Counted from the first letter of the whole stretch, positions 48,461 to 61,700 are shown. The stretch is 63,436 nucleotides of DNA, filler included, from Octopus bimaculoides (GCF_001194135.2; 5 parts of 4 records of this genome joined end to end with filler, not necessarily neighbours in it), one strand, 5' to 3'. Numbers and translations: made by a program. The notes: a model not told the origin generated them from the sequence alone.

Positions 48461-50258
48461 ATAAAGAACAAAAATACTTAAGAACAATGATGTGCAGCCT
48501 GCAAAGCAGTTGTTATTAAATGTTTCAATCGTCGGGTAATATGGCTGTGCTTGTGAAGACCTGCTGAGCTGAGCGAAAGCGTAGTCGTGGCCAATGCCAG
48601 TGCCATCTGAGTGGCACCTGTGCTGAGGGCACGTAAAAAGTGCCGTTTGAGTGTTGGGCCTCATGGAGACAGTGACAGGTGTCCAAGACCTTTGGCGATA
48701 TACCATGCTTGTGTAGACCTGTCAAGCCAAGTGAGACCAGAGTTGTGGCCGATGCTGGTGTCAGGTCAATAACACCCATGCTGGTGGCACATAAAAAAAA
48801 ACACCCACTATCTTCTTGGAGTGATTGGCATTAGGAAGGGCATCTAGCCATAGAAACCTTGGCATATCAGATCGGAACCAGGTGCAGCCCCACTTGGTTA
48901 CCAATTTCGGTCAAACTGTCCAACCCATGCCAACATGGAAAGCAGGCTTTAAAATGATGATGGTAATGGAGTTGGAGCACTGTTTCAAGGTTTCAAGAAT
49001 TAGAAGCTGCCGCTTGTACTGAAGCTTGTTGGTGCCTTGTAAAAAGCACCCAGTCCACTCTGTAAAATGGTTGGTATTACGAAGTACATCTAGCTGTGCA
49101 AACCATATCAAATCAGACGGTGGAACTTGGTGCAGTACCATCAAACCATCCAACCCATGCCAGTATGGAAGACAGATGTTAAATGCAGAAGATGAAGAGC
49201 AACTTTCTGTTGCCAAATCCAAGCTCACAAGTTGAAACCATTAATGGAAACTTACGAGACATTTGTTAATTATATGATGCTCCTACTGTTTACAGAATTG
49301 ATCTGTACCTACACATGGTATCTTTCATTGGTTTATACCAAAGCAAGTACCATTGCCTAACCCTGTCCTATGGGACAATGGCATAGTGAATATAAGCATT
49401 GATTAAATGTCAAGTGTTGCAGATTACTTAGTGGGTATGAGTTCAATCTCTGGCTTGAGTGAAATGAGAAAATTTCATTACAAATTCAAGAATAACTGAT
49501 ACAAGAATATTCCTGGTATGGACCCCGTGGATGACAACAACCTACCCTCATGGATTGAATAAACGATTCATTTCCAAATTTTAAAGATTATTGAATTATT
49601 GAACGTTAATATTGGTTTCAAATTTTAGCACAAGGCCAGCAATTTCAAAGGAGGGGATTAAGTTGACTACATTGACCCCTGTGTATGACTGGTACTTATT
49701 TTATTGACCCCCAAAAGGATAAAAGGCAAAATCGACCTTGGTGGAATTTGAACTCAGAATATAAAGACAGACAAAATGTTACTGTCTCGCCTGGCATGGG
49801 AATGATTTCTGCCATCTCGCAGCCGTATTGAATACGAATATGGAAACTCTTGAAGAAAGCTGAAGAATACAACGGCTGAAACATTAAAGCTATAAAACCC
49901 AAGATGAAGATTTTAGGTTTGAGGGTCTTAAGTTCCATCCCCTAATTATCCCTACCAACATTGTCCTAGTAAATAACTTGTTTTCAAAAGTTCTGAATTA
50001 AAATCTTCCACCAAACCTTAGTCACAATTTATGTTTCTAATACTAGCTTAATGGTAACTAAGCTAGTTACCATTACATAACTAAGGTATTTTACTAAATT
50101 CTTTGTTAATGTTTAAAATTAACTGAAAGAAACATAAGGTTAAAATTACTAATTTGATTTCGAAATTGATGTTATTGAATTTGTCTTCAATTAGGACTTT
50201 TATCTTAAAAACATTACAAAATATTAATTACATTTTCTTCTCTTTTTTTAACTTGCAG

Positions 50259-50411
50259 CTTCAGAATATAAGTCATAAATCTATGATTCCACTTGCGAAC
50301 AACACAGAACCTGAGAAAGAGCAAGTGAATTTGGTACAGAGTTGTAAAGATGCTTCTGTAAAGAAAAGTGTTCGTAAAAGCAACATTGAGAATGTTTTCT
50401 TAGAAACTGAG
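50259..50411 (+). CDS. STK36: STK36/Fused-type kinase gene, linker exon LQNISHKSM...NVFLETE (153 nt)
   Basis: Long polypyrimidine tract with ttgcAG, GTGAGT donor, phase 0-0. Joins the next exon as LETE|DTDSDEEW, resembling vertebrate STK36 LENEEPDSDNEW as recalled. Confidence 0.75.
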
Positions 50412-51494
50412 GTGAGTAAAATACATTTTCTAAACTACTTTTGATTATTCTTGTAGTGGCTTCTTCAAAATTTCAGCCAATGCTGGTGGTAAGCTGTATT
50501 TTGTGCACCGTTGAGCGTGATCATTGCCAGAGCAGTTGTCTGGCTCCCGTGCCAGTGGCACATAAATAGCACCATTTGAGTGTGATCGATACCAGTGTTG
50601 TCTTACTGGCACTGGTGCCGGTGGCACGTGAAGAAACAGTTGTTGCCAGTGCTGCTGGACTGGCACTCGTGCTGGTGGCCCGTAAAAAGCACCCACTATA
50701 CTCTCGGAGTGGTTGGCGTTAGGAAGGGCTGTAGAAACTCTGCCAGATCAGATTGGAGCCTGGTGCAGCCATCTGGTTCACCAGTCCTCAGTCAAATCGT
50801 CCAACCCATGCTAGCATGGAAAGCGGACATTAAACGATGATGATGATGATGATTGTTGGTGGGGTTGCCCAAGTAGGATGGGTATGAATTACAATGGAGC
50901 TAAATTAGTATTTGTCCCCAAATATTGTTATTTCTTTGTGTTGGTCAAATGTATAGCTTGTAAGTACTATTAGAATGTTTGTACAGTTTTTTGTTTTCTT
51001 TACAATATCTACTATGTTGTCAACAGACTTAGTTGTGTGGTTAAGAACCTTACTTTTCAACCATATGGTTTTGGGTTCAGTCTCACTGTGCAGCACTTTG
51101 GACAAGTGTCTTCTATGATAGCTCCGAGCTGACAAAATCCTTGTGAGTGTATTTGGTAGATAGAAACTGTGTGGAAGCTTTGTGTCTGTATTTGTTCCGC
51201 ACACCACTTTATATCTGGTGTTGGTTTATTTACATCCCTGTAAGTACCAGACTTCAAAAATAAGTACTGGGGGCAATTTGACTCAGCTTCTCTAGATAGT
51301 CCTTTCGTATGGCTGCAGTCCAATGACTGAAACAAATAAAATATTAAAGGTGGTATCTTCTACGTATGTAGCTTAAAAAAAAGACCTTCATCCAATTGCT
51401 CCAATGACTTGAATTAAACCAAGCAGCTTTCAAAACCACTTCAGTCTTAAAAATGGAGATGCATATTGGAATAATGAATCACACATATATATAT

Positions 51495-52052
51495 AGGCGT
51501 AGGAGTGGCTGTGTGGTAAGTAGCTTGCTTACCGACCACATGGTTCCGGGTTCAGTCCCACTGCATGGCACCTTGGGCAAATGTCTTCTACTATAGCTTC
51601 GCACCAACCAAAGCCTTGTGAGTGGATTTGGTAGACGGAAACTGAAAGAAGCCCGTTGTATATATGTACATATATATANNNNNNNNNNNNNNNNNNNNNN
51701 NNNNNNNNNNNNNNNNNNNNNNNNNNNNNNNNNNNNNNNNNNNNNNNNNNNNNNNNNNNNNNNNNNNNNNNNNNNNNNNNNNNNNNNNNNNNNNNNNNNN
51801 NNNNNNNNNNNNNNNNNNNNNNNNNNNNNNTGTGTGTGTATATGTTTGTGTGTCTGTGTTTGTCTCCCCAACATTGCTTGACAACCGATGCTGGTGTGTT
51901 TACGTCCCCATAACTTAGCGGTTCGGCAAAAGAAACTGATAGAATAAGTACTAGGCTTACAAAGAATAAGTCTTGGGGTCGATGTGCTCGACTAAAGGCG
52001 GTGCTCCAGTATGTTCACAATCAAATGACTGAAACAAGTAAAAAAAAAAAAA
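51495..52052 (+). mobile_element. SINE family A, complete (gap in internal microsatellite)
   Basis: Near identical to the 48053 copy. Confidence 0.88.
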
Positions 52053-52713
52053 ATAAATATGTCTATATGAAGCAGTCCTAATGGGTAATGGTGGTCACAG
52101 CTGGAAAGCTTGTTGAAGGATAAGTTGTCAATAAACAAATATTTCTTGTAGAAGCTCCACAAGCTGTCCTTTATTGTAATCAATTGATTATATTTCAATA
52201 TTTGAACTACATTCGGACGCAAAATAAAAGCAAGTCAATAACAGAAATATTTTACCAATTTTCTAGAATTAACCAAATGGCATTCGGTGGAATGGCTGAT
52301 ATTCCCTCAAAGAAATTACCCAATAATCACTAAATTCAATTCTAGTTGCTTATATTATGGCAAGGATTGGTATCTATTATTTTAATTAATTCTTCAAATG
52401 GTTGCAATATCTTCTGTTTGGATTTGGGACTCAGCTTTCCGAATTCTAGAATTAAATTAAGACATTTCTTTTGTTCTTGTCAACTAATTTCCTCTTATTT
52501 TTTTTTTTTATCTTTTACCTTTTTTTGTTTCAGTCATTAGGTTGTGGCCATACTGGGGCACTGCCTTGAAAGATTTTTTGTTGAATGAATTGACCTTTGG
52601 TCTTTTTGGTTTTATTTTAAGCCTGGTACTTATTCTGTTGGTCTCTTTTGCCAAACTGCTAAGTTACGGAGATGTAAACACATCAGCATCGGTTGTCAAG
52701 CAGCAATGGAACT

Positions 52714-52760
<47 letters not shown>

Positions 52761-52820
52761 TGGGCTTCTTTCAGTTTCTGTCTACCAAACCAAATCTACT
52801 CACAAGTCTTTGAGGATATA

Positions 52821-54115
52821 CAAGGAGTGTTCATTCAAGATTTCCCCTGAACCACTTCTGGTTATTGCAGGAAATGGAACTTGTACAGGTATAATCATGC
52901 ATGTCTCTACATGTCACATTGTGAATTACAGCTTTCCACTAGTATTCATTTGTCTTTTATGGCTGCTGAAATGAACCAAGGTGTTATAATGGAGGCAGTT
53001 GAATACAGATCAGTGATCAGGTTCTTATAGTTGAAAGGTTGTATCTCAAAAGAGACTTTCGATGAGATGAAAGAAGTTTATGGTGATGATGCACCAACAT
53101 ACGACATAGTCAAGCACTGGCACCACCAGTTCAAATGTGGTCGGACATCAGCAGAAACTGCTCCCATTCCTGGATGACCACATTCCACTATTGATGATGA
53201 CACCATTCATAAAATGGAAGCCGCCATTTTGGAGGATTGCCACATAACTATTTGGCACCTAACCCAAGAAGTGAAGATAAGTGTAGGGTCCATGGAAAAA
53301 ATCATTCACAACCATTTGCACATGTAGAAGCTGTCTGCATGATGGGTTCCCTGGATGCTCACATCTTTTCAGAAGCAGGAAGGAGTTGATTGCTCCCTGG
53401 CTCTTTTGGCAATATGCCAAGAAAACAAAGAGGATTTTTTCAGTTGAGTTATCACACAGGATGAAATGTGGGTCCATCACTATGATCCTGAGACTAAAGT
53501 CCAGTTGAAGCAATGGAAGCATGATAACTCACCACCTCCAAAGAAGGCTCATGTCCAACCCTCAACAGGCAAGGTGATGCTCACAGTCTTTTGGGACCAG
53601 TGCAGAATAGTAATGATGGGTCTTCTGGTAAAGGGCACCACAATTAATGGAGCATATTATGCTTCTCTGATGCAGAAATTGCAGGGCACCACCAAAACAG
53701 AGAGGCGTGGCATACTGACCAAAGGAGTCCACCTTCTCCAAGATAATTCCCCAGTTCACAATGTGCATGTTGTCCAGATGAAACCACACTGCTGCGGCTT
53801 TGAAATCCTTCCTCATCCCCCCTTACTCTCCCAACCTCACACCATCTGACTTCCACCTCTTTCCAGCCATGAAGTCTTTTTTGAAGGGAAAATACTTTTC
53901 AGATGATGATGAACTTATTTCCGAGGTAAAGTCTTGGCTCCAGACACAACCTACCAACTTCTACAGATGAGGTCTTCAGAGCTACATAAAGCAATGGTAG
54001 AAGTGTATCACCATTGGTAGTGTCTATGTAGAGAAGGACTAATAATTATGCCAAATTTTGTGTACCCCAGTCCTTGGGAAGTGGGTCAAGGGAAATCTTT
54101 AATGAACACCCCTTG
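52821..54115 (+). mobile_element. Full-length mariner (Tc1/mariner) transposon, 1295 bp, inserted at TA inside a family A SINE
   Basis: TIRs CAAGG(A/G)GTGTTCATT(C/A)AAGATTTCCC; TA at 52819-52820 and 54116-54117; the host SINE continues on both sides. Confidence 0.92.
52989..54042 (+). pseudogene. Mariner transposase pseudogene (DD34D type)
   Basis: MEAVEYRSVIRFL*...WVPW...ITQDEMWVHHYDPETK...LLQDNSP...YSPNLTPSDFHLF...EKD*; at least 7 stops and one frameshift. Confidence 0.92.
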
Positions 54116-54308
54116 TAGTAGAAAACACTTGCCCAAGGTGCCATGCAGTGGGATTGAACTCAGAAGCATTTGGTTGGGAAGCAAGCTTCTTACAGCACAT
54201 CCACACCTGCACCTATTATTATTTTTTATTTCCATTTTCTTTCATTCTGTGATGTTGTTGTGTGTATCAGTTTTCTTCAATCTGTTATCAAAACTGTTTA
54301 AATTTCAG

Positions 54309-54529
54309 GATACTGACAGTGATGAAGAGTGGCAAGGTCTTATAGGAACCACCGAACTTGAGAGTAACCCTCAACAGGCATTAATACTATTGCAAGAAAG
54401 CCGATTTCATAAGAAACTGGAAGCTCGGCTTCAGACTGGTTATAAACAGGTACTTGATGGAATGCTTGAAGGGGCTTCTCGTTTCCGAACTGCTCTTCAT
54501 GTCTGCAACAATTTGATTGTGCTAAACTG
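54309..54529 (+). CDS. STK36: STK36 exon DTDSDEEWQGLIGTTE...MLEGASRFRTALHVCNNLIVLN (221 nt)
   Basis: tttcAG acceptor, GTAAGT donor; similar to STK36 DSDNEWQHLLETTE...ILEGAS segment as recalled. Confidence 0.85.
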
Positions 54530-54684
54530 GTAAGTTGTCAGAAGTTTTGCTTACAATAAGTCTCCGCTTTTCTTTTTTTGATGTGTATTTACAATCTAAG
54601 AATTTGTATCCTTCGAACGCATTACAGTTGTCATGTGGAAATAATTTTCAGTTTTGTTTTTTGTCCTGTGAATTTGTATTTTGT

Positions 54685-55180
54685 CAAAGAGGTAGTCCCA
54701 GAAAGACATGGGACGAGGCGGTGAAGGATGACCTTTGAACTTTGGGCCTCATGGAGGCAGTGACTAGTGACTGAGGCCAATGATGATATGCTGTGCTTGA
54801 GAAGACCCATCAAGCCGAGTGAAATCGTAGTTGGGGGCCGATGCTGGTGTCATGTAACTTCCACTTGTGCCAGTGGCACATAAAAAGTACCTTTCGAGTG
54901 TTGGGCCTCATGAAGACAAAGTGGTCGATGCCAGTGGCATGTAAAATGCATCTTTTGAGTGCTGGGCTTCACGGAGGCAATGATGAATGACCGAGATCTT
55001 TGGCATTGTGCCGTCCTTGAGAAGAAGACGCATCAAGCCAAGTGAAATCATAGTCATGGCAGATACTGGTGTCATGCAAATGGCACTCGTGCCGGTGGCC
55101 CACAAAAGCACCAATTACACTTTCAGAGGGGTTGGCGTTAGGAAGGGCATCCAGCCATAGAAAACCATGCCAAATCAGAG
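54685..55180 (+). mobile_element. RTE LINE 3' end with duplicated internal segment
   Basis: RG.PRKTWDEAVKDDL remnant; GGGCCTCATGGAGGCA...CAAGCC(G/A)AGTGAAATC present twice. Confidence 0.75.
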
Positions 55181-55382
55181 TGGACTGCACACATGCACGC
55201 ACATACTTGCACACATGCACTTACACACGCACACTTGCAATCACACACATACACATGTGCACATGCACACACGTGCATATGCACACACACACACACATGT
55301 GCACTTGCACAAGCACACACATGCACATACACATGCACACTCACACACATGCGCACTTGCACACACACACACACACACACAT

Positions 55383-55415
<33 letters not shown>

Positions 55416-55669
55416 TAGCTGGTTTTTCTCACATGGAACTGCTAAAAAGCTACATGTTGCTGTGAATAAAACCAACGCCAGTTTTCCTCACTTTCCACTG
55501 CTTCCATCCTCGCCCTTAAAGAATATCTGTACCAAGTCAACCCCTCTTGTACCTAAGTGACTATTTAGCTCTCATGTAAGCCCTTGTTTGCCTTACTTTA
55601 TACGAAATGCAAATTTTGGATAATACTATGAATCAATTTCAAGAATATTATTTTCTCTGTTACTTCCAG

Positions 55670-55769
55670 TGATGTTAAACTGATCCTTGATTTCTGCGTA
55701 GCTGTATCAGTTCCGAAATTCATATTAAAGACAATAGCAGCCATAATTGACAATTCTGATGTAAAACAG
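55670..55769 (+). CDS. STK36: STK36 exon (C)DVKLILDFCVAVSVPKFILKT...SDVKQ (100 nt)
   Basis: cttccAG acceptor, GTAAAT donor, phase 2 (TG|T = Cys) to 0, FC..xP motif. Confidence 0.82.
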
Positions 55770-56097
55770 GTAAATTCAAATTGATTTATAGATTGAAATG
55801 TATAAAACAATGTAAAGAGGTTTCAAAGAATTTATGGTTAAGCAGAATGGCATACCGCTGGTTCTGCAGCTTTGAAAAGTGGCATTAATCTCAATTTCTT
55901 GCCTGGAAAGCTAAATGGGAAGATTCATTAGTATCCTCATTATCTTCATTGCCATTTTATGTCTGCTTTTTCACGCCATCATGGGTCGGTTGAGTTGTTG
56001 TAGTTTAGTCTGCCATGACCTGAATTAGCCTGGATTGTCCTTTTACGCAGGTTGCAGATCATATCTCATTTTATATTTAACATGGTCGCTATGGTTA

Positions 56098-56473
56098 CAG
56101 GGCTGGATTAAGACCCATCGAGGCCCTAAGCACTTAAAAGATTTTGGTGCCCCCAAAATAAATTTTCATTTTCCAAAACAAAACAATAAGAAGGAAAATA
56201 ATGTTTATCTTTGTCTACTTCCACTTTATGTATATTTAAAAAGCTTCCTCCTACTTTTCTGAATTGCAAAGTCTTTGATCAGACCCTCAAAATTGATCTT
56301 AGGTAACACATCTGCATCTATGCTTAGTGGAGATAGACATCCCAAGTATTATTTTATCAAGTTTAAAGTGATTTCTTTTGTGCCATAAACCATTTACCAT
56401 TTCTATGGTGCCTCCTCCTTCCCTTGAGGCCCTAAGCATGTGCTTAGTTTACTTAATGGCTAATCCAGCACTG
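56098..56473. mobile_element. hAT-like MITE, 376 bp
   Basis: TIR CAGGGCTGGATTA / TAATCCAGCACTG; 8-bp flanks TATGGTTA and TATGGTTG (7/8). Confidence 0.75.
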
Positions 56474-57972
56474 TATGGTTGGATACCCTTCCTATCACCA
56501 GTGATTTCTGACAAGTACTGGATGCATTTTATCATGGCACCAGCATTAGAGAGGTTGTCTTGTTCCCAGTAAGAATACAGTCCTCACTAGTACATTGTTG
56601 TCTTTGTTCATCCATTCGTTGCTATTCGAGAAGTTGTCTTGAACGTCTTACACTAAAATGTCTTCTCTTCTGTGCATTATCTCTTTTCGTCCACTTCTTT
56701 CTTTCCTATGCAATTCTTCAAGAAAGAAAGAGGGAGTGATAAAAGGGAGCACAAGGGAAGGTTGTGAATACGTGAGAGGGTTACAGGAGGGAGAGAAAAA
56801 TGAATGGGAGAGAGAAAGTGGTGGACAGTTACAGGATGGTTGGATGATAGGAGGGAAAGATGGATAGAAGGAAGGCAGGGCTGTGATGTTGAGAAGCTTA
56901 CTTCCCAACCATGTGTTGTCTGGTTCAGTCCAGCTCCCTGTCACCTTCAGCAAGTATTTTCTACTATAGTCCTAGACTAACCAAAGCCTTGTAAGTGGAT
57001 TGTGTTGACATAAATTGAACGCTTGTCGTGTGTGTGTGTGTGTGTCCTTGGCTTGTCCGCATATAATGATTGTAAACAAACATCACTATCATTCAAGTGA
57101 GGTTGTTTTTGCTTCCAGTCTTCCATGAAAAACATGTTTGGCTCTGGGGAAATATCACTTTGACTGGAAACAGGTGAAGGTTGGTGACAGGAAAAGCATC
57201 TGGTTGTAGAAAATCTACTTCAAGGAATTCTCTCTGACTCATGCAAGCATGGAAAAGTGGAGGCAAATTGATGATGATGATGTTTATGTTCAACCACACT
57301 GTGTGGCACTTAGGATAAGTGTCTTCTTGAAAAACCTTGGATTGATCAATGCCTTGTGAGCAAAATTTGGTTGGCAGAAACTGTATGGAAGCCCATCATC
57401 ATCATTTAACGTCTGCTTTCCATGCTGGCAGTGGTTGGACGGTTTGCCTGAGGGCTGGCAAGCCAGAAGGCTGCACCAGGCTCCAATCTGATCTGGCAAT
57501 GTTTCTACAGCTGGATGCCCTTCGTAACGGATGCCCTGTAAATGTATGGGGTGGGGAGAGAAGAGAGAAGGGGAAAGAGAAAGTGTGATTATAGGTGCAC
57601 TGAAACTGATGAGATCCCAGTAGGTTGAAATCATGATTTTAAAGTGATGCAGTTTTTTGCATCATTGCAGCCTTCTGTAATGCAAAATCTTACTTGCTTC
57701 GAAGGAAGGAAAGAGGGTTCTTTATTTTAGGTTTCCACAAAATAACTGAATGCTTTGCTTATGTGGGACATGGGAATGTTTCCACTGCCCAACTGGTACC
57801 GATGTAGAGATGAACACACACACACACACTACCTTGAGGGGTTTTAGCCAAATGAATCGACCCTGGTACTTATACTCAACCCTAGTACTCATTCTCTTTT
57901 GCCAAATCACTAAATTAGGGGACACTACAAGTCAACACCAGTTGTCAAACAGCAGTGGCTAAGAAATTCACA

Positions 57973-58017
<45 letters not shown>

Positions 58018-58192
58018 GATGGGCTTCATTTGGTTTCCATTTCCCAGCTCCACTCACAAGGCTTTGGGCAAACCAAGGTTATGGTTGAAGATGCTTGGCC
58101 AAGGTACCACACTGTGGGACTGAACCCAGAACCATGTGGCTGGGAAGCAAACTATAGCGCACAGCCAGGCATAGGAAGATTCTAAATACTAC

Positions 58193-58501
58193 ACTCTCTC
58201 TCTCTTTCCCTCTCTCTTCTTCCTTCTTTCTCGCTCTCTCTTCTCCTTTCTCTCACTCCTCCTCTTCTCTCTCTTTCTCTCCCCTCTCTCTCCTCTCTCC
58301 TCTCTCTCCTTTCTCTCACTCTCCTCTCTCTCCTTTCTCTCTCTCACTCTCTCCTCTCTCTCACTCTCTCCTCTCTCTCTCACTCTCTATCTCCTCCTCT
58401 CTCTTTCTCTCTCCCTCCTTCTCTCTCTCACTCTCTTTCTCTTTCACTCACTCTCTCACACTCTCTCTCTCACTCATCTCTCCTCTCTCCCACTCTCTCT
58501 C
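58193..58501. repeat. Imperfect (CT)n polypyrimidine array
   Basis: Direct reading. Confidence 0.9.
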
Positions 58502-59150
58502 AGACAAACACTTAAACAAAAATGTCTCTCTCAATATTTCAGTGAAAAACATCTAAAGCTGATTTCATGTCTTGACTTCTTAGCTGTACAGTTATGATTC
58601 TATAGTATTTAATATCATCTCAATTAAACTTATTCTATGGCTATTATTCCCTACCATAATAGAACAATCTGTCTGTTATACCAGCAAGTGGGTGGCAGAA
58701 ATCTCTGGGCCAAATACTCCAGGGTATTTGGAGTCCGTCTCCTTCTGTAGTCAATAAGTACTATTCAATAGAATCAATACCAGAGCGTTTGAACTCAGTT
58801 ATGCCCTAGACTTCAGTACTCCACTGGAATCGGCAAAAGAATACCATAAATATGGTATTCTTCTGTTGGTTCAGTATGTTTACATGTAATGGTAATTTCT
58901 AAATGGCAGTGCGTTGGCAGAATTGTTAGCATGTCAGAGAAAATGGTTTTATTTGCAGATTTTATTCCAGCTCTTTATGTTCTGAGTTCAAGTTCTGCTG
59001 AGGTCAACTTTGCTTTTTATTTCTTTGAGATTGCTAAAATAAAATACCTGTCGAATATTGGTGTCGATGTAATTGACTTATGTCTCGAAGTTGCTGGCCT
59101 CAAACCCTGAAATCGACCAGCGTCCTGTTTAGGGAGAAGGTTGGGGTCTC

Positions 59151-59238
59151 AGCCATGGAAACAGGGTACCTAGCCTTAAATGCCATGAAAACTGGGTACC
59201 TAGCCTTAGATGCCATGGAATCTGGGTACCTAGCCTTA
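59151..59238. repeat. 30-bp tandem repeat x3 (GCCATGGAA..TGGGTACCTAGCCTTA.AT)
   Basis: Direct reading; appears in an ORF as repeated KARYP.SMA. Confidence 0.85.
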
Positions 59239-59351
59239 TGAGTTCTAGGGCTCAAGCAAAAAAAAAAAAGATCCTTATGTAGGTACAAGGCCAAAAATTT
59301 GGGAAGTGGAGACAGTTGATATTATCGGACCCTGTATTTAAAAAAAAACAC

Positions 59352-60200
59352 TGGCACTCCATTGACTATGATGACATGAGTTCCAGACAATCTAATCAAT
59401 GGAACAGCCTGCTCATGAAATTAACATGTAAGTGGCTGAGCATCCCACAGACATGTGTATCCTTAACGTAGGTCCTCAAGGAGATTCAACACAACACAGA
59501 ATGTGACAAGGCTGACCCTTTGAAATACAAGTACATCTCATATTTACCAGCTGAGTGGACTGGAGCAACGTGAAATAAAGTGTCTTTCTCAAGGACATAA
59601 CGTGCCACCAGGAATTGAACTCGTGATCTTACAATTGTGAATCAAATACTCTAACCACTAAGCCACACATCTTCACTACTCCTGTACTTAACTGGTACTT
59701 TAATATACTAACTCCAGAAGGTTGAAAGGCACAGTTGACCTCACAAGGATTTGAACCCAGAGTGTAAAAGGTTGTTACTAAATATTCTTTTCTACTCTAG
59801 GCACAAGTCCCGAATTTTTTGGGGAGGGGCCCAGTTGATTAGATCGACCCCAGTAAGCAACTGGTACTCAATTTATCGACCCCAAAAGGATGAAAGGTAA
59901 AGTCGACCTCGGCGGCATTTGAACTCAGAATGTAAAGACGGAGGAAATACCGCTCAGCATTTCGCCCGGCGTGCTAACCACTCTGCCAGCTCGCCACCTT
60001 TAAAAAGATAATCTTTTCTACTCTAGGCACAAGGCCTGAAATTTTGGGGGAGCGGGGCCCTGTCGATTACATCAACCCCAGTGCGCAACTGGTGCCTAAA
60101 TTACCGACCCCAAAAGAATGAAAGGCAAAGTCAACTCAGAACATAGCAACAGACATAATATCGCTAAGCATTTTGTCCAGCATGCCAGGTCATCACCTTG
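59352..60200 (-). mobile_element. Family D SINE followed by a stack of family B copies
   Basis: Family D 59352-59675; family B motifs at ~59690-60200. Confidence 0.75.
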
Positions 60201-60344
60201 TCATTACTAAATATTATAAAGTAATTTGTCCAGCCCTCTGCCAATTCTGCCGCTCCACTCTCCTAACATTTTGTGTGTAATGATAATATAACTTTTCTTC
60301 TTGTTTCTTTGTCCGCTGATGTTGTATTTCCTATCCATCTCTAG

Positions 60345-60442
60345 CAACCTTGGTGTCAACAGATCCTCATAGATCTTGTGATGATTATAAACAGTTACTT
60401 CGATTCTAAGATCGGATGGAGTGAACAACTTGATAAAAATTT
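60345..60442 (+). CDS. STK36: STK36 exon QPWCQQILIDLVMIINSYF...LDKN (98 nt)
   Basis: catctctAG acceptor, GTAAGT donor, phase 0; resembles STK36 QSWYGTFLQDLMAVIQAYF as recalled. Confidence 0.8.
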
Positions 60443-61600
60443 GTAAGTAGCTTTCTAGAACTTGCTTTGAAGAAAACCNNNNNNNNNNCCAAAACAAAAA
60501 CAAAAAAAGGATGAAACTAAATAACTATTGCTCAGATGATTGCTAATGAAATTCTTCATTTCCTTGAATTACATGTTTCGTGCATCTAATTCTGTGTGAA
60601 TGCATTTGTGTGTGTGCATGTATGTATATGCATATAAATGTACGTGTATGCCTGTATGTGCATGTATATGTGCAGCCATGCCTGCATCTGCATGTATGTT
60701 TGTGTGTGCGTGAGGGGCATATTTTGATTAGGAATAGATTTGCATGTTGTTGTTTACTTCCCATGATGCATTAAATTGCTAAAATCTCTCTTTTTGTCTT
60801 TTGTTTTTTTTTCTTCTTTTTCTGCCATCCACCTCTTTCAATCTATTCTGAATATTATCTGTTTATTTAACCTTTGTATCAAAACCAAGAGGAATTCGTG
60901 CACTCTATTTATTTCAGTTTATTCTTTCAACCCACTGTAGCATATGATTCTTTTTACTAACACTTATCTAGATTGATTTAATTTGTATAAAATCAATACG
61001 CCCTTAATCAATAAATCCATGTTGACTTTCTCAAGTTTGAACTTCTCCATTCCACCCTCCTCCCCGCAAATAACAAAATCACTCGGCACAACTCTCAGTA
61101 TTTACTTTCCTTCTCTGTTTTGTTATTCTGTTTTCTATTAGAATAAGAGTTTGTGAATGTCTCATACAAACAAACAAACAAACCTGCATACATCATCATC
61201 ATGACCGTTATGATCAACAATTCTCAACTGCAGCTCCTAGGGCCACATGTGGCCCTCAAGCATCCTTCCAGCAGCACCCCCGACAGTCTTCCTTCTATAA
61301 ATATACTCTTTTACTTGTTTCAGTCATTTGACTGTGGCCATGCTGGAGCACTGCCTTTAGTTGAGCAAATCAACCCCAGGGCTTATTCTTTGGAAACCTA
61401 GTACTTATTCTATCGGTCTCTTTTTGCCGAGCCGCTACGTTACGGGGACATAAACACGCCACCATCGGTTGTCAAGCGATGTTGGGGGGGACAAACACAG
61501 ACACACAAACATATACACACACATACATATATACATATACATGACGGGCTTCTTTCAGTTTTCGTTTACCAAATCCACTCACAAAGCTTTGGTCAGCCCA

Positions 61601-61700
61601 NNNNNNNNNNNNNNNNNNNNNNNNNNNNNNNNNNNNNNNNNNNNTTAATTAATTAANNNNNNNNNNNNNNNNNNNNNNNNNNNNNNNNNNNNNNNNNNNN
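61601..61700. other. Artificial scaffold-join spacer
   Basis: N44-TTAATTAATTAA-N44. Confidence 0.95.

Noticed and set aside
43030-49500. Additional STK36 exons (candidates near 43053, 43353, 46177, 47121, 47661, 49296)
   Set aside because: Each has in-frame stops, lacks a credible donor, or shows no recognisable similarity
49790-49830. HDV-like ribozyme suggested by CTGC-CATCTC-GCAG
   Set aside because: No P1 partner strand or P1.1/P4 elements could be assigned
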